A DNA stretch of 64,000 bases from an uncultured bacterium (lineage in GTDB: Bacteria; Desulfobacterota_D; UBA1144; Nemesobacterales; UBA2774): assembly GCA_963825135.1 (NCBI GenBank), contig CAWGRW010000009.1:992001-1056000 (forward strand), read 5' to 3'. The notes beneath the pieces are model-generated. The model saw only the letters and a program-made list of their open reading frames with translations, searched no databases and had not been told where the DNA came from. Made by a program: the position numbers and the translations under genes. Below are positions 31,018 to 40,331 of this stretch, one piece after another; within the stretch, counting starts at the first letter, position 1, and each line of letters starts with the position of its first letter.

Positions 31018-32424
31018 ATGGATGCAGTGATCAAAGCAGACATCTTATATTTAAATTATGAATTCCCGGTTATCAGTTCCGACAGAGAGCCGGGCGGGAG
31101 TTTTTTGTTTGAACTCGTTCGCGCGGTTTCGGAAGAAGCCGGTATCCGCATACAGGTCTTGGCATTTCGGTTTGCCAACCAACCCTCTTTCGAGGAAAAA
31201 AACGGCATATCCGTGGAAAGAATCGAGTTTCCCCGCACATCGTTTCAAGGGAGCGATAACCCAGCTGTAGATCCCGAGACATACAGCTCCCCCCTGAATT
31301 ACAACCTGGCCCTCTCGACATTTAGGGAGCACGCGCTTAGGATCGCCGCCTCGATCGGGCATATCGTGCCCGTCTGGTGTCATGGATTTATGGCTGCGTC
31401 CGCCGCCGTGGAATTCAGGAAACGGGGGTATCCCGTTGTGGGCGTATCACTTGGGCTGGTTGCCGAGGAATTAATGCTCCGGCTGGAGCTGGCCGACGAC
31501 CCTCTGCGGAGAAAGAATTTCCCGCGCACGATGTCCTCCGTAGCCGGCGCCCTTTGCGGGAAGAGGCTCAGGCCTTCTTTCGTGAGGTTCCTCAGCCGGA
31601 GCGCCCCGATTATCTCCAGGCTTCCGCTCCCTCCCGCGCTTGAGCTCCTGCACAAGCTCGCGATAGAGGCGTTGTTCATGAACGCCGTCCACGTCATGGT
31701 CGCTATAAGTCCCGGACACGCCGATTCCATTGCCCGATACCACCCTTGCGCGAAGGGCAAATTGAAGTGCTGTGTCGCCGGATCTCCCGCGCCCTCGCAA
31801 GGCTCCTACTGGCCGTTCCCAATAAGAGACGATCGTCTGAGACTGGTCATGGTGGGAAGGCCGTGCCCTCAAAAAGGATGGGACTATGTTTCGGCCGCGC
31901 TGGGAAATATCGATAAGGAACACGCCCGTGAAGCTGAAAGACTTGAGTTCGTGACAATCGGGGGTCTTGCTGCAGATGGCAGCGCTTACAGCGACCACGC
32001 CTTTCGGGGCTTCAATCAGCTCGATAAAGTTACGTACGCCGATCTCGGCCATATTCCCCATGAAGACGTGATGCGTGTGATGTCCGCGGCTGACGCGCTC
32101 ATCATGCCTTCCGTATACGAGCCCTTCGGACTCGTGCTGCTCGAAGCCATGGTAAACGGGTGCATGGTTATTTCATCGGACGCGGACGGACCACGCGGCG
32201 TGGTGAAGGCCCCGTGGGGCATCATTATGCCGTTTCAGAACCCCGAAGTGAGGGTGAGCGAGATCGAGCGGGGTATCCTCAAATTGCTTTCATTATCGAG
32301 AGAGGAACTGAGGAAACACTCAGGCGAGGCGCGCACGGCCGCAGGCAAATATAGCTGGAAGGAAAGCGCCAGGGTAAACATCGAGGCCATCGATGAGGCG
32401 TGCATGAAAGTTTTACGCAGGTAA
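31018..32424 (+). CDS. Glycosyltransferase family 4
   Basis: YEFP, VGR..QKG, PSVYEPFGLVLLEAM, YSW. Confidence 0.88.
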   Translation: MDAVIKADILYLNYEFPVISSDREPGGSFLFELVRAVSEEAGIRIQVLAFRFANQPSFEEKNGISVERIEFPRTSFQGSDNPAVDPETYSSPLNYNLALSTFREHALRIAASIGHIVPVWCHGFMAASAAVEFRKRGYPVVGVSLGLVAEELMLRLELADDPLRRKNFPRTMSSVAGALCGKRLRPSFVRFLSRSAPIISRLPLPPALELLHKLAIEALFMNAVHVMVAISPGHADSIARYHPCAKGKLKCCVAGSPAPSQGSYWPFPIRDDRLRLVMVGRPCPQKGWDYVSAALGNIDKEHAREAERLEFVTIGGLAADGSAYSDHAFRGFNQLDKVTYADLGHIPHEDVMRVMSAADALIMPSVYEPFGLVLLEAMVNGCMVISSDADGPRGVVKAPWGIIMPFQNPEVRVSEIERGILKLLSLSREELRKHSGEARTAAGKYSWKESARVNIEAIDEACMKVLRR

Positions 32425-32614
32425 CTTGCAAATCCGCAACGCCCGACAAAGCGGAATCCGGCAGACATCAATCGCCGATCAAACGCGGCTTCAGTATATT
32501 CCCGGACAATCAAGTATGTACCGATCAGTACAAATACTTAATTGATATTGATATGTTTTATCATGTAGCTGCGTAACACCCATATATCCCACAACCTTTT
32601 TTAAATCCCGGTAA

Positions 32615-32629
32615 CGGCATAAGGATTGC
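32615..32629 (+). promoter_or_regulatory. Putative sigma54 -24/-12 promoter
   Basis: CGGCATAAGGATTGC = GG-N8-TTGC, about 50 nt before the ATG; palindrome TGTAC-N6-GTACA at 32517-32532. Confidence 0.7.
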
Positions 32630-32678
32630 CCTTACTATCTCTCAGTTATCCAGCTCAATTTACAGGAGGTATATCGAC

Positions 32679-33227
32679 ATGAATAGAAAATTTGAGTTTG
32701 GGAATAGATTGTTCAAGTATTTAATGCCATTCGCTATGATTATATTCATGGTAGATGGGGCTTCATCCGCTTACCTGCAAACCATTTCCAGCGGGCAGGA
32801 GCTTGACCCCGGAGTACCCGGTGCAGTCTCGAAGTCCGGTCCCGCTGTCCCTAACCCATACAGCCCCGAGCTAAAGGACGTGTTCTTCGATCGGGACAGC
32901 TATAAAATAAGAGCCGACGCAAAGCCCGTGCTCGATGAAAATGCTGAGGTCATGAAAGACCAACCCGACATGTTTATTGTAATCGAGTCCTATTGCGACT
33001 CGCGCGAGCACTCACCTTCCAGCCTCGGCGTGAAGAGAACGGCTTCCGTTAGGGAATATGTCGTAAGCAGGGGCGTAGACGCGGAACAGGTTCTGACAGT
33101 GAATAAATGTACGATTTACGATATGCAGCTCGTCAACTCCGAAGACGCCGTAAGACTCGACAGCAGGGTTCATTTCGTAGTGCTCGACCAATCTGTAGGC
33201 AGTGACAGCCTGGTCCTTGCCAGGTGA
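32679..33227 (+). CDS. OmpA/Pal-like domain protein, divergent
   Basis: AGGAGG RBS, signal-like N-terminus, DVFFDRDSYKIR, YCD, LGVKRT.SVREYVVSRGV. Confidence 0.85.
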   Translation: MNRKFEFGNRLFKYLMPFAMIIFMVDGASSAYLQTISSGQELDPGVPGAVSKSGPAVPNPYSPELKDVFFDRDSYKIRADAKPVLDENAEVMKDQPDMFIVIESYCDSREHSPSSLGVKRTASVREYVVSRGVDAEQVLTVNKCTIYDMQLVNSEDAVRLDSRVHFVVLDQSVGSDSLVLAR

Positions 33228-33304
33228 CGTAAATATTACTGCGTACATACATCTTCGGATAATCAAGAACGCGCGTTGACTTCTCCATATCTCCGAATAT
33301 AACA

Positions 33305-33338
33305 AAGCCTGTGGGCGGCTAACGCCGCCCTCAGGCTT
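33305..33338 (-). terminator. Probable terminator hairpin between the ompA-like gene and tRNA-Gln
   Basis: AAGCCTGtGGGCGGC-TAAC-GCCGCCCtCAGGCTT; T-rich tail on the minus strand. Confidence 0.55.
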
Positions 33339-33510
33339 ATCATATACCGCTAACTCAAACCGCCGATCTTTTTGAGGATTAGCCTGCAACGCTATTTTAG
33401 CAGCTGCCTGCGGCGCGTCCCAATCCGCATATGCCCGACGGAAAACTGATCCGGATACAATACCGGCTTTTCCTGAACACAGATATATAGGGGGTACGTA
33501 AGAAGATTTT

Positions 33511-33584
33511 TGGCTGGGGCACTAGGATTCGAACCTAGACTGATGGATCCAGAGTCCATAGTACTACCGTTATACTATGCCCCA
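33511..33584 (-). tRNA. tRNA-Gln(CTG)
   Basis: TGGGGCA/TGCCCCA acceptor stem, ATGGA-CT-CTG-GA-TCCAT anticodon arm, GGTTCGAATCC, encoded CCA. Confidence 0.97.
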
Positions 33585-33695
33585 GCAGGGTCTTAAAGTA
33601 TTTATAATTATACCTTTTCCGTCAAGTATCTTGATAGCGGGCGTCCATTGGATAAAATACAGCTGTAGAAATACCGGGGAAAGGAGAATTTCCGT

Positions 33696-33875
33696 ATGCC
33701 TGCTAAAACTCTGACTGTGAGGGCGCAAAACAAGCACGAGCTCGCGAAAAAAGTGGAAAGAGCTATAAAAGACGCATCCAAAAAAGGCATGATCTTTGTG
33801 AAACAGGGGTATAAGGATAGCAGGATTAAAAAATCCAGAGGCGAATACGAAATAGAAATCGAGGTACACTCTTAA
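33696..33875 (+). CDS. Small basic hypothetical protein, 59 aa
   Basis: AAGGAG RBS; MPAKTLTVRAQNKHELAKKVERAIKDASKKGMIFVKQGYKDSRIKKSRGEYEIEIEVHS; ends 10 nt before queF; absent from the ORF track. Confidence 0.75.
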   Translation: MPAKTLTVRAQNKHELAKKVERAIKDASKKGMIFVKQGYKDSRIKKSRGEYEIEIEVHS

Positions 33876-33885
33876 ATAACTCAAG

Positions 33886-34266
33886 ATGGAAAAGAGCCCT
33901 TCTCAAAAGCTTGAGACGTTCGAGAATCAGTACCCCGGAAGGGAGTACGAAATCGACATCACCTGTCCGGAATTTACGTGCGTATGCCCCAAAACCGGCC
34001 AGCCGGACTTCGCGTCAATCAATATTAAATACGTGCCCGACCGTCTGTGCATTGAGCTCAAATCCCTCAAACTCTACATCTATTCTTTCCGGGACGTCGG
34101 CACCTTCCACGAACACGTCACGAATAAAATTCTCGACGACGTGGTCGAGGCGTGCAAACCTCTGAGAGCCGAAGTCACCGGGGACTTCAACGTGCGGGGC
34201 GGAATCAAAACAGTGGTCAGGGCATCCTATCATAAAAATGAGAGCGGGAAAGCGGGATTCAAATAA
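33886..34266 (+). CDS. queF: NADPH-dependent preQ0 reductase
   Basis: [34 protein letters not shown]. Confidence 0.97.
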   Translation: MEKSPSQKLETFENQYPGREYEIDITCPEFTCVCPKTGQPDFASINIKYVPDRLCIELKSLKLYIYSFRDVGTFHEHVTNKILDDVVEACKPLRAEVTGDFNVRGGIKTVVRASYHKNESGKAGFK

Positions 34267-34380
34267 TAGACGACAAACACAATGCGCATCAATAAAGAGC
34301 GCATCGTTTACGATAATCCATTTGATCCTCCGATAGTTATCGGGAATCTGCGTGTCCCGGCGCAGTGAGACGGACGGCTA

Positions 34381-35193
34381 ATGCTTGCGAAAATCCAGAT
34401 AATTGTAACTGCCATGATCATTGCAGTGATAATAGGCGTCGCCCTCGCCGCGCCCTACATCGCTCCCTATAAATATGACGAAACCGACTTCAGGAACACC
34501 CTCGCAAAACCCGGAAGCCGACACCTGATGGGCACGGATCAAGAGGGCAGAGACCTCCTGAGCAGGATAATATACGGATCGAGGGTGTCGATAACCGTCG
34601 CCCTCGGCACAGCGCTGATAGCCCTGATAATAGGGACGATTTACGGCGCGGTCTCAGGATACAGGGGCGGGACTACCGACGAGATGATGATGAGGCTCGT
34701 CGACATCTTCTATTCACTTCCCGACCTTCTGCTCATCGTGCTTATTACACTCGTTATAGGACGGGGCGTCCTGGGAATTGTTCTCGCGCTCGGCCTCACC
34801 GCCTGGATGCGGGTAGCGAGGATAGTGAGGGGGAGCGTGCTTCAGCTCAAAGGGGTCGAATTCGTCCAGTCCGCGAAGAGCCTTGGGGCATCGCCTTCAA
34901 GAATACTGGGCCGCCACATTATTCCCAATATCTTGAGCCCCCTGATAATAACTCTCACGTTCGCGGTCCCATACGCCATACTCGCCGAATCCACTCTGAG
35001 CTTTTTAGGTCTCGGCATCGCTCCCCCTGAGTCAAGCTGGGGGACGCTCGCGAGCACGGGATGGCAGGGGATGAGGACCTTCCCCCATCTCATATTGTTC
35101 CCCAGCCTGGCTATTTTCATTACGGCATTTTCATTTAACCTATTCGGAGAGGGGATGAGGGATTTCCTCGATCCGCAAAAAAGAGGGAGGTAG
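34381..35193 (+). CDS. Peptide/nickel ABC permease (OppC/DppC type)
   Basis: HLMGTDQEGRDLLSRIIYG, EFVQSAKSLGAS, ESTLSFLGLG. Confidence 0.93.
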   Translation: MLAKIQIIVTAMIIAVIIGVALAAPYIAPYKYDETDFRNTLAKPGSRHLMGTDQEGRDLLSRIIYGSRVSITVALGTALIALIIGTIYGAVSGYRGGTTDEMMMRLVDIFYSLPDLLLIVLITLVIGRGVLGIVLALGLTAWMRVARIVRGSVLQLKGVEFVQSAKSLGASPSRILGRHIIPNILSPLIITLTFAVPYAILAESTLSFLGLGIAPPESSWGTLASTGWQGMRTFPHLILFPSLAIFITAFSFNLFGEGMRDFLDPQKRGR

Positions 35194-35234
35194 AGGTGCT
35201 GAAGACGCCTACGGGTCATAGAAACGGCAACGAC

Positions 35235-37304
35235 ATGAAGCCTCCCATACTATTGTACGCGGCGGGCATATGCATGGTCGCGATGTTTATAGTCCTCGCT
35301 TTGAATTCGTCGTCCCTGGCGCAGATAAACTGCCAGTCTGAAATTTACCTTCAAGCGAAAACGGACCCTGAAGACAGGTTCAAAAAGGGATACTGTTTTA
35401 TTCAGCTCGGGCAGTTCCAGGAAGGCGTCACGAGGCTCGCCGGTCTGGAGAACGAGCTCCCGCTCATAGCGGACTATGTCATATATTACCAGGGGGCCGG
35501 GTATGAGAACTTGGGCGACCTCGCTAACGCATCGTTGCAATTCAACAGGGTTATCACAGGCTACCCCGACAGCGGGGTGAGGAAAAAGACGCTCGCAAGG
35601 CTCGGGAACATCTACATGCAGACCGGGGATTATGCCAACGCCGAGCGCATATTCAGGTCCCTTTATGCCGAGGAAAGCGACAGGGAGCTTAAGGCGTCCT
35701 GCCTGGAAAGCCTCGGTCAGGCTCTCGAGAAACAGGGGAAGTACCCGGACGCCGCGAGCACCTACAAACAGGTCTGGGTCGAATTCCCCGAAACAAAGTC
35801 ATCTTTCAGCGCGGAAAAAGCGGCGCTCCAGATAAGCGCCGCACAGGGGGTTCCTTTCGCGCAGTCTGAATCCGACTACCTCCAGAGGGCCGACAAGCTG
35901 TATGAGCTCTCGAAGTGGTCATCAGCCGTACAGAACTACGAAATGGTTTCGTCTCAAAGCCCGGAGGTGAGAACAAGGATGGGCATAGCCATGGTCAACG
36001 CGGGGAGTCTAAACGAAGCCGAAAGCAAACTGAGAGGAATTAATTCCCCGGAGTCCCTCTTCTGGAGGGGAAAGCTGAAATCAAAACAGGGCCTCGATGC
36101 GGAAGCCTCCGCCCTCTACTCCGAGATTCACACCTTGTTCCCGACAAGCGAGCTCGCACCCGAGGGGCTTTATAACGCAGCGCGTCTCTACCAGATCAAC
36201 AACGACAACGAAAGTGCCATAAAGACATACGACCTCCTGATGAGATCGTACCCTAAAAACGAGTTCACCGAAGACGGCGCTTGGAACCTCGGGTGGATCT
36301 ACTACAAAAAGGGGAAGTATGCCGAAGCGCTCGCGAGCTTCTCAGCTTTTACAAACTCCTCCTCGTCATTCAACGCGGCCAACTCAAGGTACTGGAAGGC
36401 AAAGACGCTCGAAAAACAGGGAAGGAAGGACGAGGCCATGGCCGAGTACCTGGAGCTCGCCGATATGACAACCCCGACTTACCACTCGTACCTGGCACAG
36501 CTGAAGACAGGCCACACCCCTTCTTTTCCGACTGTAAGTCCCGAAGCGACGGCGCTCAATCCCTCAGCCGCCGCGAAGAAGGAAAAGGCCGAATACCTGA
36601 TCAGGCTCGGCTTGCCCGAGGATGCCAGACTCGAGATCGAAAAGATGGAGGCCCTCGCGAACACCCGGGAGGAATTCGTCGTCGTCAGTCTGCTGTACTC
36701 GAAAGTGGACGATTACTACAACTCGATAAAGGTCGCTCAGGACATCGGTCTACCCCAGGCTAACAGCCTCTCTTTTCCACGGGGCTATAAGGACATCGTA
36801 GCCTCGTACGCGAGGAAATACGGCGTCGACGAGCTGCTCGTGTACTCCGTCATAAGGGAAGAAAGCAGGTTTCAGAAAGATGTCGTTTCGCCCGCGGACG
36901 CGGTCGGTCTCATGCAGCTCATTCCACCTACGGCTAGAACAGTGGCCAATCAAATAGGCATAAGCGGATTTACCACAGAGATGCTGACTATACCCAGAAT
37001 AAACATCGAAATGGGGATTTATTATCTGAAGCAGGTGCTGGACCAGTTTGACGGGGACGTCGAGCTTGCGCTCGCGAGTTACAACGCAGGACCGCAGAGG
37101 GCTGCCGACTGGAAAGTGGATTTCTACGGGCTCGAAAAGGACGAGTTCATAGAAGAGATTCCATTTAAGGAAACAAGGAACTATATAAGGAGAATTTTGA
37201 GGAGCTACGGAGCGTATAAGGCCATTTACGGGAATACCGCTTCGGCGGCGCCCCGGAACAGCGTCCCCGCTCAAAATACCGGGACGCAAAACCCGGCACA
37301 TTAA
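35235..37304 (+). CDS. TPR-containing soluble lytic transglycosylase (Slt70-like)
   Basis: Signal peptide, TPRs, IREESRF, AVGLMQL, ASYNAGP, ETRNYIR. Confidence 0.93.
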   Translation: MKPPILLYAAGICMVAMFIVLALNSSSLAQINCQSEIYLQAKTDPEDRFKKGYCFIQLGQFQEGVTRLAGLENELPLIADYVIYYQGAGYENLGDLANASLQFNRVITGYPDSGVRKKTLARLGNIYMQTGDYANAERIFRSLYAEESDRELKASCLESLGQALEKQGKYPDAASTYKQVWVEFPETKSSFSAEKAALQISAAQGVPFAQSESDYLQRADKLYELSKWSSAVQNYEMVSSQSPEVRTRMGIAMVNAGSLNEAESKLRGINSPESLFWRGKLKSKQGLDAEASALYSEIHTLFPTSELAPEGLYNAARLYQINNDNESAIKTYDLLMRSYPKNEFTEDGAWNLGWIYYKKGKYAEALASFSAFTNSSSSFNAANSRYWKAKTLEKQGRKDEAMAEYLELADMTTPTYHSYLAQLKTGHTPSFPTVSPEATALNPSAAAKKEKAEYLIRLGLPEDARLEIEKMEALANTREEFVVVSLLYSKVDDYYNSIKVAQDIGLPQANSLSFPRGYKDIVASYARKYGVDELLVYSVIREESRFQKDVVSPADAVGLMQLIPPTARTVANQIGISGFTTEMLTIPRINIEMGIYYLKQVLDQFDGDVELALASYNAGPQRAADWKVDFYGLEKDEFIEEIPFKETRNYIRRILRSYGAYKAIYGNTASAAPRNSVPAQNTGTQNPAH

Positions 37305-37942
37305 GCCGTCGCGGTTTTTATCTTCTCTCCGCAGAGCGCCCCGAAATTCCTGAGGAGCCTCAATCCGTGCGCGCTGCTCTTCTCGGGGTGGAATTGGCAC
37401 GCGAATATATTCCCGGTCTCCACCGCGGCCGTGAATTCTATCCCGTACTGAGTCGTTATCGCGATTATGCCCTCGTCCTCGGGCACCGGGTAATAGGAAT
37501 GGACAAAGTAGAACCAGCTCCCGTCGGGTATTCCTTCCAGCAGAGCCGCTCTTTTTCTAATCTCGATCCTGTTCCAGCCCATGTGCGGGACCTTCAGACG
37601 CTCTTTCTGAAACGCGGGGAATCTCACGACCTTGCCCCCGAGCAGCCCCAGGCCCGCGACTCCGGGAGATTCTTCGCTCCCCTCAAACAGCACCTGCAGG
37701 CCGAGGCAGATACCCAGATAGGGCCTCCCCGATTCGATGAACTCTTTTATAATATGAAATATCCCGTTTTCTTCGAGGTTCCTTACGCAGTCCCCGAATG
37801 CCCCCTGCCCCGGAAGCACCAGGCCGTCCGCATTTTGAATATCATGAGGGTCCCTCGTCACGTTTACCGGAAGACCCTGGCTCTGGAACGCCTTGCTCAC
37901 GCTCCTCAAATTCCCCATTCCGTAATCGACAATCGCGATCAT
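37301..37942 (-). CDS. hisH: Imidazole glycerol phosphate synthase, glutaminase subunit
   Basis: DYGMGNLRSV, GICLG, PHMGWN, YFVHSY, QFHPEKS. Confidence 0.97.
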   Translation of the reverse strand: MIAIVDYGMGNLRSVSKAFQSQGLPVNVTRDPHDIQNADGLVLPGQGAFGDCVRNLEENGIFHIIKEFIESGRPYLGICLGLQVLFEGSEESPGVAGLGLLGGKVVRFPAFQKERLKVPHMGWNRIEIRKRAALLEGIPDGSWFYFVHSYYPVPEDEGIIAITTQYGIEFTAAVETGNIFACQFHPEKSSAHGLRLLRNFGALCGEKIKTATA

Positions 37943-37945
37943 GGA

Positions 37946-38536
37946 TCAGAGTTTCCCTTTAGTGGACGGAATATCGCCCGATCTGGGGTCGATTCTCGAA
38001 GCGTTGTCGAGCGCGCGGCCGACCGCCTTGAAAATCGCCTCTATCATATGGTGGAGGTTGTCACCGTATTTAAGCTCTATGTGCAGGTTGCACATGAGGG
38101 TGTTGGAGAACGACTTGAAGAATTCCTCCCCCAGCTCGAGGTCGAATTCCCCCACCTTGCTTTTGGGCACCTTCACCTTATACACCAGGTATGGTCTCCC
38201 GCTCAAGTCGACCGACGCGAAGGCGAGCGTTTCGTCGAAAGGCACGAAAGCCTCGCCGAACCTCCTGATTGATTTCTTGTCGCCGAGCGCCTTCTGAAAC
38301 GCGTCCCCGAGCGCGAGCCCGACGTCCTCTACCGTGTGGTGAAAATCCACGTCGAGGTCCCCGAGCGCGCTTATTTTAAGGTCGAAATAGCCGTGTTTCG
38401 CGAACTGGGAAAGCATGTGGTTAAAGAACGGTATGCCGGTATCGATCTCAAACAGACCCTCACCGTCAAGGTTTATATCCACCTTGACCTTCACTTCGGA
38501 CGTTACCCTTTCAACTTTCGCTTTTCTTTGTTTCAT
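37946..38536 (-). CDS. hisB: Imidazoleglycerol-phosphate dehydratase
   Basis: DFHHTVED, NLHHMIEAIFKA, PSTKG. Confidence 0.97.
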   Translation of the reverse strand: MKQRKAKVERVTSEVKVKVDINLDGEGLFEIDTGIPFFNHMLSQFAKHGYFDLKISALGDLDVDFHHTVEDVGLALGDAFQKALGDKKSIRRFGEAFVPFDETLAFASVDLSGRPYLVYKVKVPKSKVGEFDLELGEEFFKSFSNTLMCNLHIELKYGDNLHHMIEAIFKAVGRALDNASRIDPRSGDIPSTKGKL

Positions 38537-38649
38537 AGATAGTTAAGAATCATATCAGAAATTCAAGGTCTGTCCAAGTGGGGAACCCAGGGCCCAATAA
38601 CGGCGTCTTCGGCTTTCGGAAGCTCGCTCGAAAGAGTACAATATCGTCC

Positions 38650-39081
38650 ATGAAGATCGTGATTTCGGACGAAACGGGCGAACTCGACCGGAGATACAAA
38701 TCGAGCCTCAGAAAAATCGGCGGAACGGTGCTTAAAAACCTTGGGCTGCCCTACGCGAGCGAGCTCTCGGTCTCTTTCGTCGACGACCGGAGGATGAGGG
38801 AGCTTAACCGCGAATGGCGGAAAATAGACCGTACCACCGACGTCCTTTCCTTCCCCCAGGGCGGAGGGCCCGATTATACGCTGCTCGGCGACATAGTGAT
38901 ATCCATCGGCACGGCGAAACGCCATAGCGTCAAATACGGAAATACACTCCGCGAAGAGATAAAGAAACTCATTGTCCACGGCATACTCCATCTTCTCGGA
39001 TACGACCACAAGAAAAAAAGAGAAAAAGCGGTAATGCGGGATATGGAATCCGACCTGATGTCGTCTATACAAAAATTATAG
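38650..39081 (+). CDS. ybeY: rRNA maturation RNase YbeY
   Basis: TDVLSF, LGDIVIS, HGILHLLGYDH. Confidence 0.95.
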   Translation: MKIVISDETGELDRRYKSSLRKIGGTVLKNLGLPYASELSVSFVDDRRMRELNREWRKIDRTTDVLSFPQGGGPDYTLLGDIVISIGTAKRHSVKYGNTLREEIKKLIVHGILHLLGYDHKKKREKAVMRDMESDLMSSIQKL

Positions 39082-39098
39082 TACCGGCGTCGCCGAAC

Positions 39099-40331
39099 CT
39101 ACTTTTTCTTCTTTATTGCGAGCTTGACTTCATCGATAGACCGCGTCGTTGCCCTGGTGATTGTAAACACGCAGTTCTTCAGCTTAATCTTATCGCCCGT
39201 TTTCGGTATCGAGCCAGATTCGGAAAGGAGGAACCCGCTCAGGGTTTCGTAATCGGCGCTCTCCGGTATGCCCAGCCCGAGGTCGTCGTTTATCAGGTCT
39301 ATCTCTATTTTCGGATTTACGAGATACTCTCCCTCGGCTGTCTTTCTCCAGAGCTTGATGCCCTTGTCGTACTCGTCCTCGATCTCCCCGACGACTTCCT
39401 CGATTATATCCTCGAGCGCTATCACTCCCACAGCGCCGCCGTATTCGTCCACTACGACAGCCATACCGGCTCTGCCTTCTTTCATTTCATCCAGCAGCTC
39501 GTCCACGAGCTTGGATTCGGGCACGTAGAAAGGCACGCGCGAAAAGTTCTTCACTCTTTCGTTCGGATCGGCGCCGAGCAGATAAAAAGAATGCAGCATG
39601 CCGGTGATATTATCCACGCGGTGGCTGAAGATCGGTATCCTCGAGTATCCGGTTTCTTTTATCATCTGCACCGCATCGCCCACTTTCGACTCATCGCTGA
39701 GAGCGCTCACATGGACGAGGGGGATCATTATCTCATCGACCGTAGTCTCGGAGAACCTGAATATCCTTTTTATCATCCTTTCCTTATAATCCACTGTGGG
39801 CTTGGAAGCGTCGCCCTCTATAACGTCTATGAGCTCTTCTCTCGTAATGAAGGTATTTTCCGTGCTGCCTATCAGGGTCAGTATTTTCCTGGTGAATATA
39901 CTCACGACGGTCAGAATCGGATAAAAGACCTTCGACGCAAACCATAACGGGTATATAGTCCAAAGAATTATCGTGTTCCTTTTTTTCTGGAATACCGCCT
40001 TCGGCACCACCTGTCCGAATATGACGATCAGGGGGGAAAGAATGAGAACGGTGTAGTACTCCCTCCCGGCCCCGAACTTATGGTGGATATAAAAGGTCAT
40101 GATTATAGTGCTCGTTATAAGGGACAGGTTAATCCCGACCAGCGTAGTGCTTATAAAGAGCTCTATCTCGGAATAGGCGCTCATTACGAGCTTTGCTCCC
40201 TTAGAGCCGCCGTCCGCGAGCACCTTCATCTTCACCTTATCGCAGGAGATAAGGGCTATCTCGGTGCCCGCAAAAAATCCCTGTATGAGAAGCGAAATGG
40301 CGATTATTACGATCAGGAGCTCAAGCGACAA
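39099..40331 (-). CDS. CNNM/CBS/CorC hemolysin-family protein
   Basis: FFAGTEIAL, GYSRIP, VDEYGG, LEDIIEEVVGEIEDEYD. Confidence 0.93.
   Translation of the reverse strand: MSLELLIVIIAISLLIQGFFAGTEIALISCDKVKMKVLADGGSKGAKLVMSAYSEIELFISTTLVGINLSLITSTIIMTFYIHHKFGAGREYYTVLILSPLIVIFGQVVPKAVFQKKRNTIILWTIYPLWFASKVFYPILTVVSIFTRKILTLIGSTENTFITREELIDVIEGDASKPTVDYKERMIKRIFRFSETTVDEIMIPLVHVSALSDESKVGDAVQMIKETGYSRIPIFSHRVDNITGMLHSFYLLGADPNERVKNFSRVPFYVPESKLVDELLDEMKEGRAGMAVVVDEYGGAVGVIALEDIIEEVVGEIEDEYDKGIKLWRKTAEGEYLVNPKIEIDLINDDLGLGIPESADYETLSGFLLSESGSIPKTGDKIKLKNCVFTITRATTRSIDEVKLAIKKKK

Noticed and set aside
33590..33885. preQ1 riboswitch upstream of queF
   Set aside because: No matching stem plus A-rich tail; the space is filled by a small ORF and the divergent tRNA promoter
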